Origin: Antechinus flavipes
Taxonomy: Eukaryota
Assembly: GCF_016432865.1 (NCBI RefSeq)
Contig: NC_067398.1
Coordinates: forward strand, 483,662,001-483,726,000
Length of the DNA: 64,000 nucleotides
Reading direction: 5' to 3'
Position numbers and translations under genes: made by a program. Every line of letters starts with the position of its first letter. Position 1 is the first letter of the stretch. This document shows positions 24,399 to 38,168 of this stretch, piece by piece. The notes below the pieces were generated by a model. The model was not told where the DNA came from, did not search any database, and saw nothing but the letters and a program-made list of their open reading frames with translations.

Positions 24399-25449
24399 CA
24401 AGCCATTCTCCAATTGATAAATGGTCAAAGGATATGAACAGACAATTTTCAGATGAAGAAATTGAAACTATTACCACTCACATGAAAGAGTGTTCCAAAT
24501 CACTATTGATCAGAGAAATGCAAATTAAGACAACTCTAAGATATCACTACACACCTGTCAGATTGGCTAAGATGACAGCAAAAAATAATGATGAATGTTG
24601 GAGGGGATGCGGGAAAACGGGGACACTGATGCATTGTTGGTGGAGTTGTGAACGAATCCAGCCATTCTGGAGAGCAATCTGGAATTATGCCCCAAAAGTT
24701 ATCAAACTGTGCATACCCTTTGATCCAGCAGTGTTTCTATTGGGCTTATACCCCAAAGAGATACTAAAAAAGGGAAAGGGACCTGTATGTGCCAAAATGT
24801 TTGTAGCAGCCCTGTTTGTAGTGGCTAGAAACTGGAAAATGAACGGATGCCCATCAATTGGAGAATGGCTGGGTAAATTGTGGTATATGAATGTTATGGA
24901 ATATTATTGCTCTGTAAGGAATGACCAGCAGGATGAATACAGAGAGGCTTGGAGAGACCTACATGTACTGATGCTAAGTGAGATGAGCAGAACCAGGAGA
25001 TCATTATACACTTCGACAACGATATTGTATGAGGATGTATTCTGATGGAAGTGGATTTCTCTGACAAAGAGACTTAACTGAGTTTCATTGGATAAATGAT
25101 GGACAGAAACAGCTACACCCAAAGAAGGAATACTGGGAAATGAATGTGAACTATTTGATTTTTGATTTTCTTCCTGAGTTATTTTTACCTTCTGAATCCA
25201 ATTCTCCCTGTACAGCGGGAGAACTGTTCGGTTCTGCAAATGTGTATTGTATCTAGGATATACTGCAACATAATTAACATATATAGGACTGCTTGCCATC
25301 TTGGGGGGGGGGGAGGGAGGGAGGGGAAAAAATGAAACATAAGTGATTTCAAGGGATAATGCTGTGTAAAAATTATCCTGGCATGGATTCTGTCAATACA
25401 AAGTTATTATTAAATAAAATTAAAAAAGAAAAAAAAAGAAGAAAAAAAA
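24399..25449 (+). mobile_element. Young 5'-truncated L1 (ORF2 C-terminus, 3'UTR, poly(A))
   Basis: Open frame 24401-25045 with CWRGCGKTGTLMHCWW motif; TSD ATAAAGTTGCTGGATTTT at 24381-24398 and 25450-25467. Confidence 0.95.
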
Positions 25450-26021
25450 ATAAAGTTGCTGGATTTTAAAATGAAATATCTAATTGTTTTTTCATACCTG
25501 GAAGACCTGAGGTAGTTACAATTTTAGGTCACCAGAATGAAGTTAGTTGAGTCAGATTTCTCACTAGTTTTAGATTTTAAATGAGGTAAAATTTGCCTAC
25601 CTAAGAAAATGATGGTATTTTAAAGAATTTACAACATTATAGTCAAATGAATGCTAAAATTCATGAAAAAAAAATTCATGAAAATAAGCTCTTTCACTAA
25701 TTTCCATTAGAACTCTATTTTTGGGTGGTTTCAAGATACAGTAGGTATTAAGAAATAATAAACTATACTTATTAAGAATTATTTAATAAAAAGTAGTGAA
25801 GTTTTTATAATTTTAAAATTATAGGATTCTTTCATGGTACTATTATAAAATTTTTGATGAAAATAAAAGAAAAATTTTTACTGCTCTTTTCATATAATAA
25901 AATTTTATTACAGTGAATCAGTACCATCAATACAAACTGTTCTATAGATAAAGTAAAGCTATTTCCTTATATTTTGTGTTTGAGTATTTCATCAAGTTGT
26001 ATTTTTTATATATCGATACTG

Positions 26022-26255
26022 AGGGGTAGTGTGGCACAGTTAATAAAAAGTTATCTTTAGACTCCAAAAGACTTGGTTTCAAATCTTGCCTCTATTATAC
26101 TATCTGTACTCTCCAGGCAATTCACTTTACTTTTTAGTACTATCAGCAGTTTTTTAGGCTACAAATTTCGAGAAGGTGCCAATCTGCATTGGTAAAAACA
26201 TTTCCTCATTTAAGTAGGTCTTCCTTATACTAATGAAATTGTAGATGCAGTCCTG
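26022..26255 (+). mobile_element. CORE-SINE with marsupial-type tail (family not assigned)
   Basis: MIR-like head, then gagaaggtgccaatctgcattggt...ccttatactaatgaaattgtagatgcagtcc; related antisense copy at 45775-45950. Confidence 0.6.
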
Positions 26256-26515
26256 AGTCAATGTTTTCGACAATAAATAATCCTATATAATGGTTTCTCT
26301 AATTTTAATTATGTAGTAATTCCACAAAATCTGATGACATACTGGTAACATTAGCAGTTCTTATTTCCTACTTTACTGTCAGTTAACTAAGGAGCATTTC
26401 ACTTTTAATGCCCTCTTTTCTAAGTTTACCTCAGAGTCCTAAACATACCTGTCAGGAGGAAAAAAATCATTCTTTTGAAATACTTAGTCAAAATCAGACA
26501 TACTACTTCTTTTTA

Positions 26516-26668
26516 AAATTTTTATTTTTTTTTTAATTGCAGCTTTTTATTTTCAAAACATGCATGAATAATTTTTCAACATTGAATCTTGCAAACCTTG
26601 TGTTCCAAATTTTTCCCTCCTTCTCTCTCCTCCTCTAGATGGCAACTAATCCAATATATGTTAAACAA
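26516..26668 (-). mobile_element. Short L1 3' end
   Basis: T-tail then cttgcaaaccttgtgttccaaatttttccctcc...agatggcaactaatccaatatatgttaaac. Confidence 0.75.
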
Positions 26669-27029
26669 AGAGCACTTTTTAGATAAAGAAAAAGAAACAT
26701 AAATGCATACAGATGATGCCAGTTTTCCTATTTACAACAATTTTTATTTCTTAATTAATTATTGACTTAGCTATTTGGACTTACCATCATATGCATATTG
26801 AAAGTATGATTTTTATCACTATCACTACAAGATCCTTTTCCAGCAAAACATTTGTTTTCTCTGTGCAGCTCTTTCTGATGTAATTTTTACTTATCTATAC
26901 TATAGGAAAGAGAAGGACATTAATGCCTATTAGAAAATGAGAATTTAAAGTTAAGTTAAATTTGTTTTATTGTAATTTGATGTATGATTTCCAAGAAATT
27001 TTTGTAATATTTCTTAATTTCTTCCTTAG

Positions 27030-27135
27030 GAATATGGTGTTAGCAGAAAGATGTGTATTGCTTAGTGCTGAAATATTAAAAAGCCAAAGCAAATATTCAG
27101 AAGCTGCTGCTCTTCTGATTCGGTTGACCAGTGAG
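27030..27135 (+). CDS. TRAPPC8: TRAPPC8 window exon 9 (106 nt, phase 2-0)
   Basis: (K)NMVLAERCVLLSAEILKSQSKYSEAAALLIRLTSE; ccttag / gtattg. Confidence 0.95.
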
Positions 27136-27912
27136 GTATTGACACTTTGACTTCTACTTGCTTTATTCTAACAGTTTTTAAAAGGAGCAATATATCTTTA
27201 TAGTGGTAATTTGGTGTACTCTATTTTATGCAAACATATTAAAATCTTATTATACAATATTATACAATTAAGTGATAGTTATTACAAAGAGAGTAACCAA
27301 TTATTTTTTAAGGAAATGTAACATATATGATTACTTAAGCTACTTATAAATTAAGATGATTTAGCTTACAATATTTGGATTTGTATTCAGCCTTTCTGGC
27401 TTTGATGCTTTCATCTTTGATACTTTGGACTTGTGATCTCATAAATATGGTTTCTTTCTCTACTTCTATAATTCAGATCCACCCATTCTTTCTAATCTTG
27501 GAATGATGCTTGTCTATGTCTTCTCAGAAATCTTTGTCTGATTTTGACAGAGAAATCTTTGACTCAGAAATGAGTGTCCACACATCTTGCAGGGGATTAC
27601 CTCATTCTCTTGATGTTTTGTGGGGACCAGTAGTCATGAAAATCATCTCTTGGTGACCCTTTGTTCTTCCTATATGATTGACTCATTTTCTTGTCTGGTA
27701 GTAGTAAATATCTTTGAAGACATTAAAACTTTTTTTCAAAAAAATTCTTAATTTAATGAATCCTCCTCCCCTTCCCCCATAACATTTCTACATAGGAACT
27801 AGAAGAAAAAAAGCATTATATGTGAAATTGAAAAGTTTTCTTATAGACAGTTTAAAAAAAAACCCAACGTATTACATACACACATATACATAATAATTCA
27901 ACATGTTACTTT

Positions 27913-28276
27913 ATTTTTTTTATTCTTTTTAAAAATTCTCTCCAGTTACATGTAAAAACAATTTAAGAAAAAAATTATACATGTCCGTATTTTTACATTT
28001 TCTCATATGAATCAAGTTCATCAGAACAAAGGGAAAAAACCATGAGAAAAAAAAAGATGAAAATAATATGTGTTCATCTACATTCAATCTCTATAGTTCT
28101 CTCTTTGGATACAGATGACACTTTTCATCCAAAATTTGTTGGGATAACCTAGAATCACTGAACCGCTAAGAACGTATCATAGAGAAAAGAAGTATCGTAG
28201 TTGTTCACATAATCCTGTTGTTCCTGTGTACAATGTTTTCTTGGTTCTGTTTGCTTCACTTAGCAGTATCAGTTCA
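27913..28276 (-). mobile_element. Older L1 3' end with degraded 14-bp TSD
   Basis: caacatgttacttt (27899-27912) versus cagcatattacttt (28277-28290). Confidence 0.65.
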
Positions 28277-29099
28277 CAGCATATTACTTTCAAGGTTGTC
28301 TTGATAATCTTTAGTTTCTTCTTAATTCCCTTCTGTTCTCTTCTGTGCGTTTTTTTAAAAAAATGTTTTAGTGATCATGTTTTGTATGTGGCAAATGTAT
28401 GAATTTATTTTGCCTGATTATACTTTGTTGCTTGGATTATTTTTTTTCTTCTTTTCATTGGGAAAGGGGAGAAGAAGCAAAAAAGAGAGAGAATTAAATT
28501 ACTGTTGAATAGTATTGAACACCCATGTTTTCACTGTATTCAATTTTAGAATTTAGACAAATTGGGCAAATATTTAACTTTTGATTCTTAAAAGCATATA
28601 TTCTTAACATTTCACTTCATACTTTTTAAAAATTATATGTTTGTGTTGATAGTCTATATAATAATGTCTAAATGTTCTAAGTTTACATTAATATAAGCTT
28701 TCTAAAGGCTCTGTTTCTCAAATCTTGTTTTTCTAATTTTCATACTTTTTTAATCAGTAGTTTACTTTCCTATTATATATAAACATTCTTAGATCTACCC
28801 TATCTTTTAAAAACTTTGACTTGACCTAACCATCCCCTCAAACAATCACCTTGCATTTCTCCTGTGTTTTGTACCAAAACTCCTAAGAAAAAAAACAAAA
28901 AGTTAGATTTTTTGTTGCCTGTTTTTCATTTCCCATTCACTTCACCTTGGAATCTGGGTTCTGGCTCCCTCACTCAAGTGAAACGGCTTTTTGGAAAAAG
29001 GTCAATGATGATCTCTATATTGTTCAAGCCAGTCATTTTTTTTTTCAAACTTTATCCATTTTGACTTCTCTGTAGCATTTGAACCCTTCCTTTTCAATA

Positions 29100-29500
29100 C
29101 CCTTGAAACATATGGGTATTATCATAGCACTTTATTTCGGGACTTCATTAATGTGATACCAAGTAATATACACAGTACTCTAGATGTGGTATAGTCAGAG
29201 AAGCTGTCACTTTTTTGTTTATTATTACACAATTTGAGGTTATATTAACTTTTTTGGATGCCATGATAAACTATTGATTCTTATTTGGTTTACAACCCAT
29301 GCAAAAAATTTATTTTTTAAGATAAATTTCTTATTCAGCAATGTCTTTTCTCTCTAATGTCTAGGAAGTTGAATTTTTTTAATCCAAGTATAAAACTTTA
29401 CATTTTATCTCTCTGAAATTTCATCTTAACTACATGCAGCTTAGTTTTCTAGCTTGTCAAGATCCTTCTGAATCCTGAATCTATTTCCCCTGTTTTTCTC
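29100..29500 (-). mobile_element. L3/CR1 fragment
   Basis: atatacacagtactctagatgtggtatagtcagag...cttgtcaagatccttctgaatcctga antisense CR1-like sequence. Confidence 0.55.
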
Positions 29501-30538
29501 ATCTGAAATAGTTTCAGTTCAAATTAATTCCTTCCAGTAAACAAATTTTAATAACTGCTCATTTTATTCCAGGAACTATGGTAGCCAGTAGAGAATCAGA
29601 GATTAAAAAAATATATATCTTTTCTTCTACCTTGCAACCTCAACCCCTTCATCTTCACCTCAATATTTAATCCCTCCATCTGTCAGGCCTCTCTCAGACC
29701 ATCACTCCTTTACTTGCTACAGTATCCTCCTTTCCCCATTTTGACCTTTTGGTGAACTACTTAAACTCCCCATTATTCTTTTGAGGCCCTTGCCTGTTCA
29801 TCCTATCAAAGATCTTGCTCATCCAGATTCCAGCCTTGTAGTTCCCCCATCATCCATTGCCTTACTTCTCTGTATTTTTTTTTTTTATTAAATGAAGCTA
29901 GAGGAAAATGATGAATTTGTGCTAATTGAATCCATTATAAGTTTATATTACATAATCTTAATTAAACCTTCAAAGTGACACTAACTGTGTTATTGCCATA
30001 GCAGTTTTTCCCAGACTTTTTCCGATTTCCCACATAATGCCTACCCCATCTGTTTCTGCGAAATTTGTCTCATGTTTCACTGAAAAAATTGAAACCATTC
30101 ACTGGGTGCTCATTCTGTTTTCCTTCACCTCATTTAATATCACTGAGATGTTTTCTGCCACTGTCTTTATCCTTGTTGTCTCTTTTTGAAGAGATATCTC
30201 TTTTTGTAAAGGCAAACCTCTTCATATACAAAAGATCCCATTACACTCCATCTTCTCAGGAAGTCTGTTCCTTCCACATCCCAACTTTACTTCTTCAGAC
30301 TCTCCTTATCTATTGTCTGCTTTCCTATTGCTTATAAACATATCCATGTCTTCTTCCTCTAGCTATATTCTGCCTTTTGTTGCTAAACTCCTTGAGAAGG
30401 CTATCCACTTCCTTTCCTTTTCCCTAGTAGTTAATTCTTTTTCACTCTGGTTTCTGACCCCTTCATTCAACTGGAGTTGATTTCTTGACCATTTGTTGAT
30501 AGTTATCTTTCTTGATCTCTGGGCAGCCTTGATACTGT

Positions 30539-30850
30539 AGCTCGCTGTCAAACTCAGAAATGCAAGGCCCTCATATTAACCTAGAAAACAAACATCATTT
30601 GTTGTATTATATTTTTATTTGTTTGTTTTTGCTGAGGCAGTTGGGCTTAAGTGACTTGTCCAGGATCACACACCTGGGAAGTGTTAAGTGTCTGAGACCA
30701 AACTTGAACTCAGTCTTCCTGACTTAAGGGCTGGTGCTCTATCCACTGTGCCACCTACCTGCCCCTTTTTATTTATTTATTTTTTAAATTTCCCAATTGA
30801 ATTTTAATCTGGTTGGGCCAAAAGTGGATTTGAGTTTTTTACCTTTGCTG
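30539..30850 (+). mobile_element. Putative non-autonomous DNA transposon (hAT-like MITE)
   Basis: ctgtcaaactc near the left end and gagttttttt near the right end; shares internal motifs with an inverted copy at 55370-55650. Confidence 0.45.
30612..30765 (-). mobile_element. WSINE1-like SINE
   Basis: Reverse complement of the 12162 element. Confidence 0.85.
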
Positions 30851-32141
30851 TGGATTACCCTCTTCACTTTGTAATTCTTTTCTCTCTAGGTTTTAATTAC
30901 ATTGCTCTCATCTGGTTTTCCTCCAGCTGTCTATTAGATATCTGAAACTTGATATTCTTATAGATATCTAAACTTAGCATCACTAAAATGAATTCATTAT
31001 CTTTTTCTCAAGACTTTCCTCTCTTCCTAATTTCCTGTTGCTATCAAAGGTACTATTATTGTACCAGCTACTTACATTCCGATCTAGGTGTTTTCCTTGA
31101 TCCCTCAGTCTGTTTCATCTTTCTCTTCCCCCTAGTATCCAAATAATTATCAAGTCCATTTGTTTCAACTTTCTGTATGCTCCCTTTTTTCTTCCCCTCA
31201 ATCTCTACCACCCTGACACAGGATTTAGCTTCTTAACCCCTAGTTATTTTTTAAGTCAAGGGATAAGTTTCAAATTTGTTGTTTTAGACAACCTGTTATT
31301 TTCAAGGTCAAGAAAAAATTATATATCAAAGCATATTTCATGCACAGATATATAATATATACCATATAATAATGATTTCCTGGGACAAAGACATGTAAAT
31401 AATGTGTGATATTTTTGTCAACATAGGGAACCTCTGGTGATATTCCAGCAACTGATTTAAGTTCATGTGTGACTTAGTAGATCAAGTCCTTAGGAAATGA
31501 TTAAAGTTCATAGAAGTTATCACTTGTCCAGAATTACATAACTATTACATATTCGAGGCAGTATTTCAGTATAGATTTTCTCGACTTCAAGCCCCTACAT
31601 TCCATCTATTTTGCCATACTAAACAAGTCAGTGAGGAATATTACTATTTTTGATGTTCAGTATTATGATGCAATGTTGGATTTGTTTTAGCATAGTTTGA
31701 ATCCTGTCCAATTAGTAAATGACCATCCTATGTCTTCTTTTAGATACTCTTTTTGACAGGGCATCTGTTTGAGCCACAGACAAGTGGATTAAAATATGTA
31801 AATTTGAAAAAATTAATTTTGCATATTTTTAGTCTTTCTAGTTCAGTTAATTTTCTGTACACACTTTGAACTACAACCTTATGTGTTCTACTTTATCTTT
31901 AGATATTTTGATTGTAGGAGATGGAAATATTAGTACTCTGAAATACTCATCTACACATTGCATTTCTCTTTTGTGAAAGAAAAAATTAATATAACAAGGT
32001 TTTTGTTTATAAAATATATGGCATGTATAGTACAGAAATGCACAAATAAATAAATATATAATAAATATAAATAATATATCACAAAAACCCAACAAATAAA
32101 AAAAGTATGGTTTGCCAAGCCTTAAATTCTTCAGAATAAAC

Positions 32142-32301
32142 TTTTTGTTGTTGTTGTTTGTTTGCTGTGAGGCAATTGGGGTTAAGTGACTTGCCCACAG
32201 TCACACAGCTAGGAAGTGTTAAGTGTCTGAGACCAGATTTGAACACATGTTCTCCTGACTTTGGGGCTGGTGCTCTATTTACTGTGCCACCTAGCTGCCC
32301 C
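32142..32301 (-). mobile_element. WSINE1-like SINE
   Basis: gaggcaattggggttaagtgacttgcc...gtgccacctagctgcccc. Confidence 0.85.
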
Positions 32302-33404
32302 GGTAGCCTCAAAATTCTTAACATATGTAAATATATACTCACCCAGGTTAAAATAATTGATGTTTAGCTTTGCTCTATAAAACGCATATTAGTTTAAGGT
32401 CCATCAACTTAGTGGCTTTAAAGTTGGCATTTTTCTGCTTCTAACAAGGGAGAAAATGTTGGCAGCAAAACAATTGGAAGGGTATGGGAAGTTCAGCTTA
32501 TGTAAAATTAAAAACTTAGAGAAAGTTTGAGAAGAAATTGCTGTTTCTTAACCAGCAACCTTTAGTGTTTTCTCAGAAACTATTAATATATGAGTGTTTC
32601 AGATGAAATGAATCTCCAAGGATATTAAATTCAGTTCTATTATTATTAAAGAAATATTATTCATATTGGGGTCTGTTCAAAGGACAAATAAATTTCAAGT
32701 TGTACTGCTTTTTTACTTATTATCCTAGCAGCAGACGAAAAAAACATTCCTTTATGATTTCACTTCTAAACTTTCTTAGATCTGATAATCATATCTGTCG
32801 TTTAAATGAGTACATTGGTTAATTTTCTTGAAAAATGTAAAAATTATAATGAAAATTTTCTAAGTGAAATGTTCAAATATCCAAGAGAGGAAAGCATTAC
32901 AGTATTTTTCAGCATTTTTAGTGGAATAGAAATGAATCTGGTAAATAATAGAAGGACAAATTATACCATCGTACAACCATCAGTTTCACTTCTCTTCTAA
33001 TTTAATTTTGGTGTTTACCCATCTACATACTAGATTTCTAGTCAAGGTAGTTATTTGCTCTATGCAAAAATGATTCATCTGATTTCTTTAAAAATTCATC
33101 ATTGGATCAAAAAGAAATCAGATCAGCTATTTCATTAGTCATAAAATATTTTTCATAGTCACATACTTTATATTAAATAACTTTAATTCAGAAAAATGCT
33201 TTCAAAATTTCCTAAGATTTGTTGTTAAGTTAACGCCTGAAACCACAAACAAGAAAAGATTTCCCTCTTCATCTCTGCCCAGTATAAACAGAGAGCTGTT
33301 AGTGCAGTATTTATTTTTAAAAAAAAATTATTATAACCAGTTCTCTTTTTTGTTTTAGATTGTGATGACACTAATATTTTTCTTTTTCTTTAAACATTAA
33401 ATAG

Positions 33405-33536
33405 GATTCTGATCTTCGAAGTGCTCTTCTGTTAGAACAGGCGGCACATTGCTTTATAAACATGAAGAGCCCCATGGTTAGAAAATTTGCCTTTCACATG
33501 ATATTGGCTGGCCATCGGTTTAGTAAAGCAGGACAG
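33405..33536 (+). CDS. TRAPPC8: TRAPPC8 window exon 10 (132 nt, phase 0-0)
   Basis: DSDLRSALLLEQAAHCFINMKSPMVRKFAFHMILAGHRFSKAGQ; aaatag / gtaagt. Confidence 0.95.
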
Positions 33537-34649
33537 GTAAGTGGATTTACTTTACTTAAAAATATAGATAGGCCAGATTATTTCAAGCATTATCAATTTC
33601 TGCATATAAGCTGTTATAACAAATTGATCAACTTATTAAAGTTTAAAGAGGCTATCTTAAATTGGAGTAAGTTTGCCTTCTGGTTATATCAGCATCTAAA
33701 TCTTTATACTCTTGGAATGTTACTCCTGTCAGTTTTTTGCATGTGGTGGCTACTCAGTAGGAATTTATCCTGTAATAAGCCTCATCCCTATTTCTATTTG
33801 AGGCTTTTGAACATCAGTGCTAGAGAAACACTATTTTAAGTAGAAGTGCCTAGGAGGAAAGTGTTGTGGTCTTCTGTCCTTCATTCACATTTTTAAACAT
33901 TAGGATGAAGGATGCTATCTTGAATTCCTGACAATGGCAGCATTCATCGGTTTAAATTTTAGTGAATATAAGTGAATTTTTATATAGAATAGTTTTATCA
34001 TGGACAGGTTCACTTGTTGAACCTTTTTTTCTTTCTTTTCACATAATTTCTTTATGAAGGATTTACCTGTTTTGAAGATTTTTAAAGATCTTACCTTATT
34101 AGTATAATGTTTGATTTGTTCATTGCTATCCTTTACTCTTGTAAGATCATATCTTCCAGTTAAATTTGATTTTTTTCTTTTATGTTACTTCTTGTAAACA
34201 TGCCATCTTTGCTTACTTACAGCTGTGTCTGTTAATATTGCCCTTTATATCACCACAATTTTGAGTCCTTGTATTTTGAGTTCATGGTACTCTATGATTC
34301 ATAGCCTTAAAACAGAGACTATTGTCATATACTTAAAATCTCCGATTAAGCAAAATTAGGATGTTATTTATATTGTGTATACATATTTGTATATCTGTGA
34401 CTTCATCCTTGTGGATATGCCTTCACAGGTAACATTTCCTTTCCTTCCCATTCTGCACTGTTTTTTACATATTCTCAGAGGATTCCAGTGATTACAGATG
34501 TTTGCTTAACATTAACGACTGGAAAGTCTTTTGAATAAATTACATCATTTTACTTTCATAATTTATGAGAGGTAGATCCATTTGTGAGAGGTCTATTTCT
34601 CTCTGCTTTAATCTGTCTTCTATAAAACTGACAAAATAGGCTTCCAGTG

Positions 34650-35170
34650 GTGCAAGAGTTACAATTTCATTCTTTCATTCTAAAACCTTCATTGGCTAGA
34701 TGTTTCAAGTATAGAGAAAATATAAACTTTTCAATTTGTAATTTAAAGCCTATCAGAATGTGGCTTTTGCTTAACTTTTCAGAATTATTGTACATTGCTT
34801 TATATACCTTTATGTACCAGCCACGCTGACCTACTTAGTGTTTTCCATCTCTCTTTTCTGTGCTTTTGTGCAAACTGTTCTCAATGTGTAAAATATATCT
34901 TTTTCTAAACTCTTTCAGTTGTCTCCTAATTAGTCTCCCTACTTTAAGTCTTTCCCCTTGCTAATCTCTACTACTCATCTGCTAGTGTTATTCCTGAAAT
35001 AGAAGGCTGTTTATACCATTCCCTTTTCACTAAACTCCAGTAAGATCCTCTGTTACTTCTGTGATCAAAAACATACTTATTTTCTTTGGAATTTTTCAGT
35101 CTTTCACAGTCTGGCTCTAGCCTATCTTTGCAGTTTTACTGTATATTATTGTCTTCCATGTATTCTTTGG
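34650..35170 (+). mobile_element. L2 3' fragments
   Basis: L2-like pyrimidine-rich sequence (aagatcctctgttacttctg...cagtctggctctagcctatctttgcag). Confidence 0.5.
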
Positions 35171-36099
35171 TCCTAGTCATAGAATTCTTCTCACTTCTAC
35201 TTACATACATATATACATACATACATACATACATTACTACATTACATACATACAACTAAATGGCTCTTAAAAAAACTTTTTAAAAAAATTGCTCTTAATT
35301 GAGTTTGTGCTCACAATAATGCTATTTCTACCAATTCTTTTTATTTGCCTCTAAGAAAAAAAGGAGAGCCATACTTTCATATGACTGCAACTTTTTTCAG
35401 TTTTTTTATAGCAAGATGTCAATATTGATATAATAAAGTTCTTTCAGTAATGAATTCTTTTGTCAATGGACTGAGATCTGTTATTTAGAACATTAGCTAT
35501 TAAATTCATGTTTATAAACTTTTTATAAATTTAGTGATTTGTAACATTCTTTGCTTCCTTTCATATCATGACTATGGAAGTAGTAAGGGACTGAATAGGA
35601 TTGAGGGTATATTTATTTTTCATTGTCTTAGTAGTCTTCATGGCCAAAAAATTCTTCACCTAATGTCTATATATTATCTACATACCTTTGTATATATTGT
35701 TAGTCTGATTGTTGGATAGTATTCTGTAACTAGGACAGTACCTGAATACTTAACTGCATAGTATAGAAGCTGCCTATAACTGTCTTTGAGTACTGAGGTT
35801 TATCATCCATACCATAATCAAGGTTTTGGAGTAGGACTTCTGTGGAGGTATAGAAATTAGACCCTGAAAAAAATTTCCTTTGTAATCCGAGTATTAATAG
35901 TATTAATTCACTAATACTTTGGGGGGTGGCAGACAGCAGCCTTTCAAATTGTTTTTATAAGCATGAGAGTTAATATGCAGTTTTTGTCTTTGAAAACCAG
36001 CTTTTACAAAGTTATAGATTTATTGATTGGATATCAATATTTGAATGCCTATATTGTTATATATTACCTTAATGATAATTTTTTCCTCCAATCTGTCAT

Positions 36100-36340
36100 T
36101 TACTGGTACTTTTTTGCTTTTCATGGATAAATATTATAATAAAAGGTAATCTAGTGGGAAAGAACATTGAATTTAAAATTGTAGAACCGAGATTCAGGCC
36201 CTGGTTCTGCCATTGACCATATGACAGAGTCAGTTTGCTAGTTAGGCCCATAGTTTTCTTATCTATAAAATGAAGGCATTTCATTGCCTTGTGAGTCCAT
36301 TTCATTGGACTTCTGAGGTCCCTGCATTCCTCAGGTTTAT
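36100..36340 (+). mobile_element. MIR
   Basis: gagattcaggccctggttctgccattgaccatatgacag...tctataaaatgaaggca MIR core. Confidence 0.55.
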
Positions 36341-36498
36341 AATTTTAATATCTTTTAAGATCCTTTCCTAGCCTAACATTATTATAACTTTATATTTTCC
36401 ACACTTAGTATTGATTTTAAATCTATTCTTTTAGATCATAGTAAATTTAGAAAAAAGATGATATTGTACTTGTAAAAATTCATGAAATTGTTTTTCAG

Positions 36499-36723
36499 AA
36501 AAAGCATGCTTTACGTTGCTATTGCCAAGCCATGCAAGTTTACAAAGGGAAAGGCTGGTCTCTTGCAGAGGATCACATTAACTTCACTATTGGTCGTCAA
36601 TCATTTACACTTCGACAGCTTGACAATGCAGTATCTGCCTTTAAGCACATTTTGATCAATGAGAGCAAACAACCTGCTGCCCAACAAGGAGCCTTCCTCA
36701 GAGAATATCTTTATGTTTACAAG
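36499..36723 (+). CDS. TRAPPC8: TRAPPC8 window exon 11 (225 nt, phase 0-0)
   Basis: KKHALRCYCQAMQVYKGKGWSLAEDHINFTIGRQ...AFLREYLYVYK; tttcag / gtgagt. Confidence 0.95.
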
Positions 36724-37799
36724 GTGAGTATTTCTTTCTTATAGTAGTTATTAAAAGTGTTCACAATTTGATTTAAGTTGAAATCAATTTTAATAACATA
36801 TCCAAATAAAAAATCCTTTATAACCATTTATAAGGTTAAATTTTAGATACAAGAAGGAATATTCATTGTTTTTCCTCACAATTGTATTTCTTAATCATTC
36901 AAGCTTTTATTTTATACATATGGAAAAGGAACTGGATTAGCCATGGGTGTGGGTTGGACTATTCCTGTTTTAAGTAGTTCATTATCTTTGCATAATTCTG
37001 GGTCTAATACCTGCAGAATATAAGCTTCTTGAGTAGTTTTTCTGATGAACATAGCTAACTATCATAACTTCTCCTACCTTGCTCTTGAGCTATCTACTTA
37101 CCTTACCTTCATTCTTTACTCACTCCTTTTCTCCCTTAATAACACTATTACTCAAAAGTGAGGGAAGGTAGATGGTTAGAAAAATGTAACCATTAGTTTG
37201 TCCTTATACTCTGCTTTGTGATGAGCTATAGAATAACTGACAAATATTTGTAAAGTGCAATAATTATGCTGATGTTAATTGGTAAGAAAGTTATAATTTA
37301 TTGTCATGCCTGAGTTATCAGTTTTTGAAAGTATGATAAATGAAATTAATAATTGTATAAATAGTCCGTGCTTTCATTTATACAGGCCTCTGTGTACTAA
37401 TACACTTTGAATCTTCTTAGTGTTTTAGTTTAATGGTATGATGTTGTTCAAAAGTGTCATTATCTGTTAAAAGCAGCTTTCAGATTTTAAGCCATATTAA
37501 ACTTAAGACAAGGTAATTTTCAGATAACACAACCTTTTTTTTTTTTTTTTTTTTTGATCTGCAATCAAAGTTTTTTCAGCTCAGTATGTATCTGCCAGAA
37601 ATTACATTCGGTTCATATGAAGACCCCTGTGTTGGCTTTCACACAGTGAGGCTTAGTATAAGATCTGAATGGCAGATTTATCTTACTAACCCTTTTTAAT
37701 GTATAGCTTTTCTTTAGTATTTCCAAAATAGTAATAGTAATGAGTAAACAAGTTTTCTTAAAAGTTCTTTTCCCCTTTTAAAATTTCTCCTTCTTTTAG

Positions 37800-37908
37800 A
37801 ATGTCAGTCAGTTATCTCCAGATGGCCCTTTACCACAGCTTCCTTTACCATACATCAATAGCTTAGCAACACGGGTTTTCTTTGGCCATGACAGACGACC
37901 AGCAGAAG
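37800..37908 (+). CDS. TRAPPC8: TRAPPC8 window exon 12 (109 nt, phase 0-1)
   Basis: NVSQLSPDGPLPQLPLPYINSLATRVFFGHDRRPAE; ttttag / gtaagt. Confidence 0.95.
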
Positions 37909-38168
37909 GTAAGTAAAATTATTATTATTATTATTATTGTTATTATATTGGATCATAGATACAACCTGATTATATAAGCATTTTGAACCAAATCTCACTT
38001 AATTAGGTTTTCCCTAATTGTCCTGTATAAACATATTAAAGTCAATAAAAAATCTCATAAAATGATGAAAAAATTTTAAAAACAAAATCACATCAGCATC
38101 AGTCAACATTCATTTGTTTAGAGTAGTCATGTTCATATGCTTAATTTGGGGTCTTTTTTTTTTTTTAG

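Larger units (their letters stand above)
29620..31240 (+). mobile_element. L2 ORF2 remnant, interrupted at 30539-30850
   Basis: Pyrimidine-rich L2 (aaggcaaacctcttcatatacaaaagatcccatt...); colinear across the insert. Confidence 0.7.

Noticed and set aside
25300-25326. G-run cluster
   Set aside because: An ordinary L1 3'UTR polypurine tract, already explained by the element.
28500-28545. Small hairpin, and an 11-mer (gaacacccatg) shared with about 54590
   Set aside because: The stem is weak, and shared 11-mers are expected by chance in 64 kb.
32112-32325. Possible TSD or mini-transduction around the SINE (gccttaaattctt versus gcctcaaaattctt)
   Set aside because: The match is imperfect and offset by 10 nt from the tail, so chance similarity cannot be excluded.
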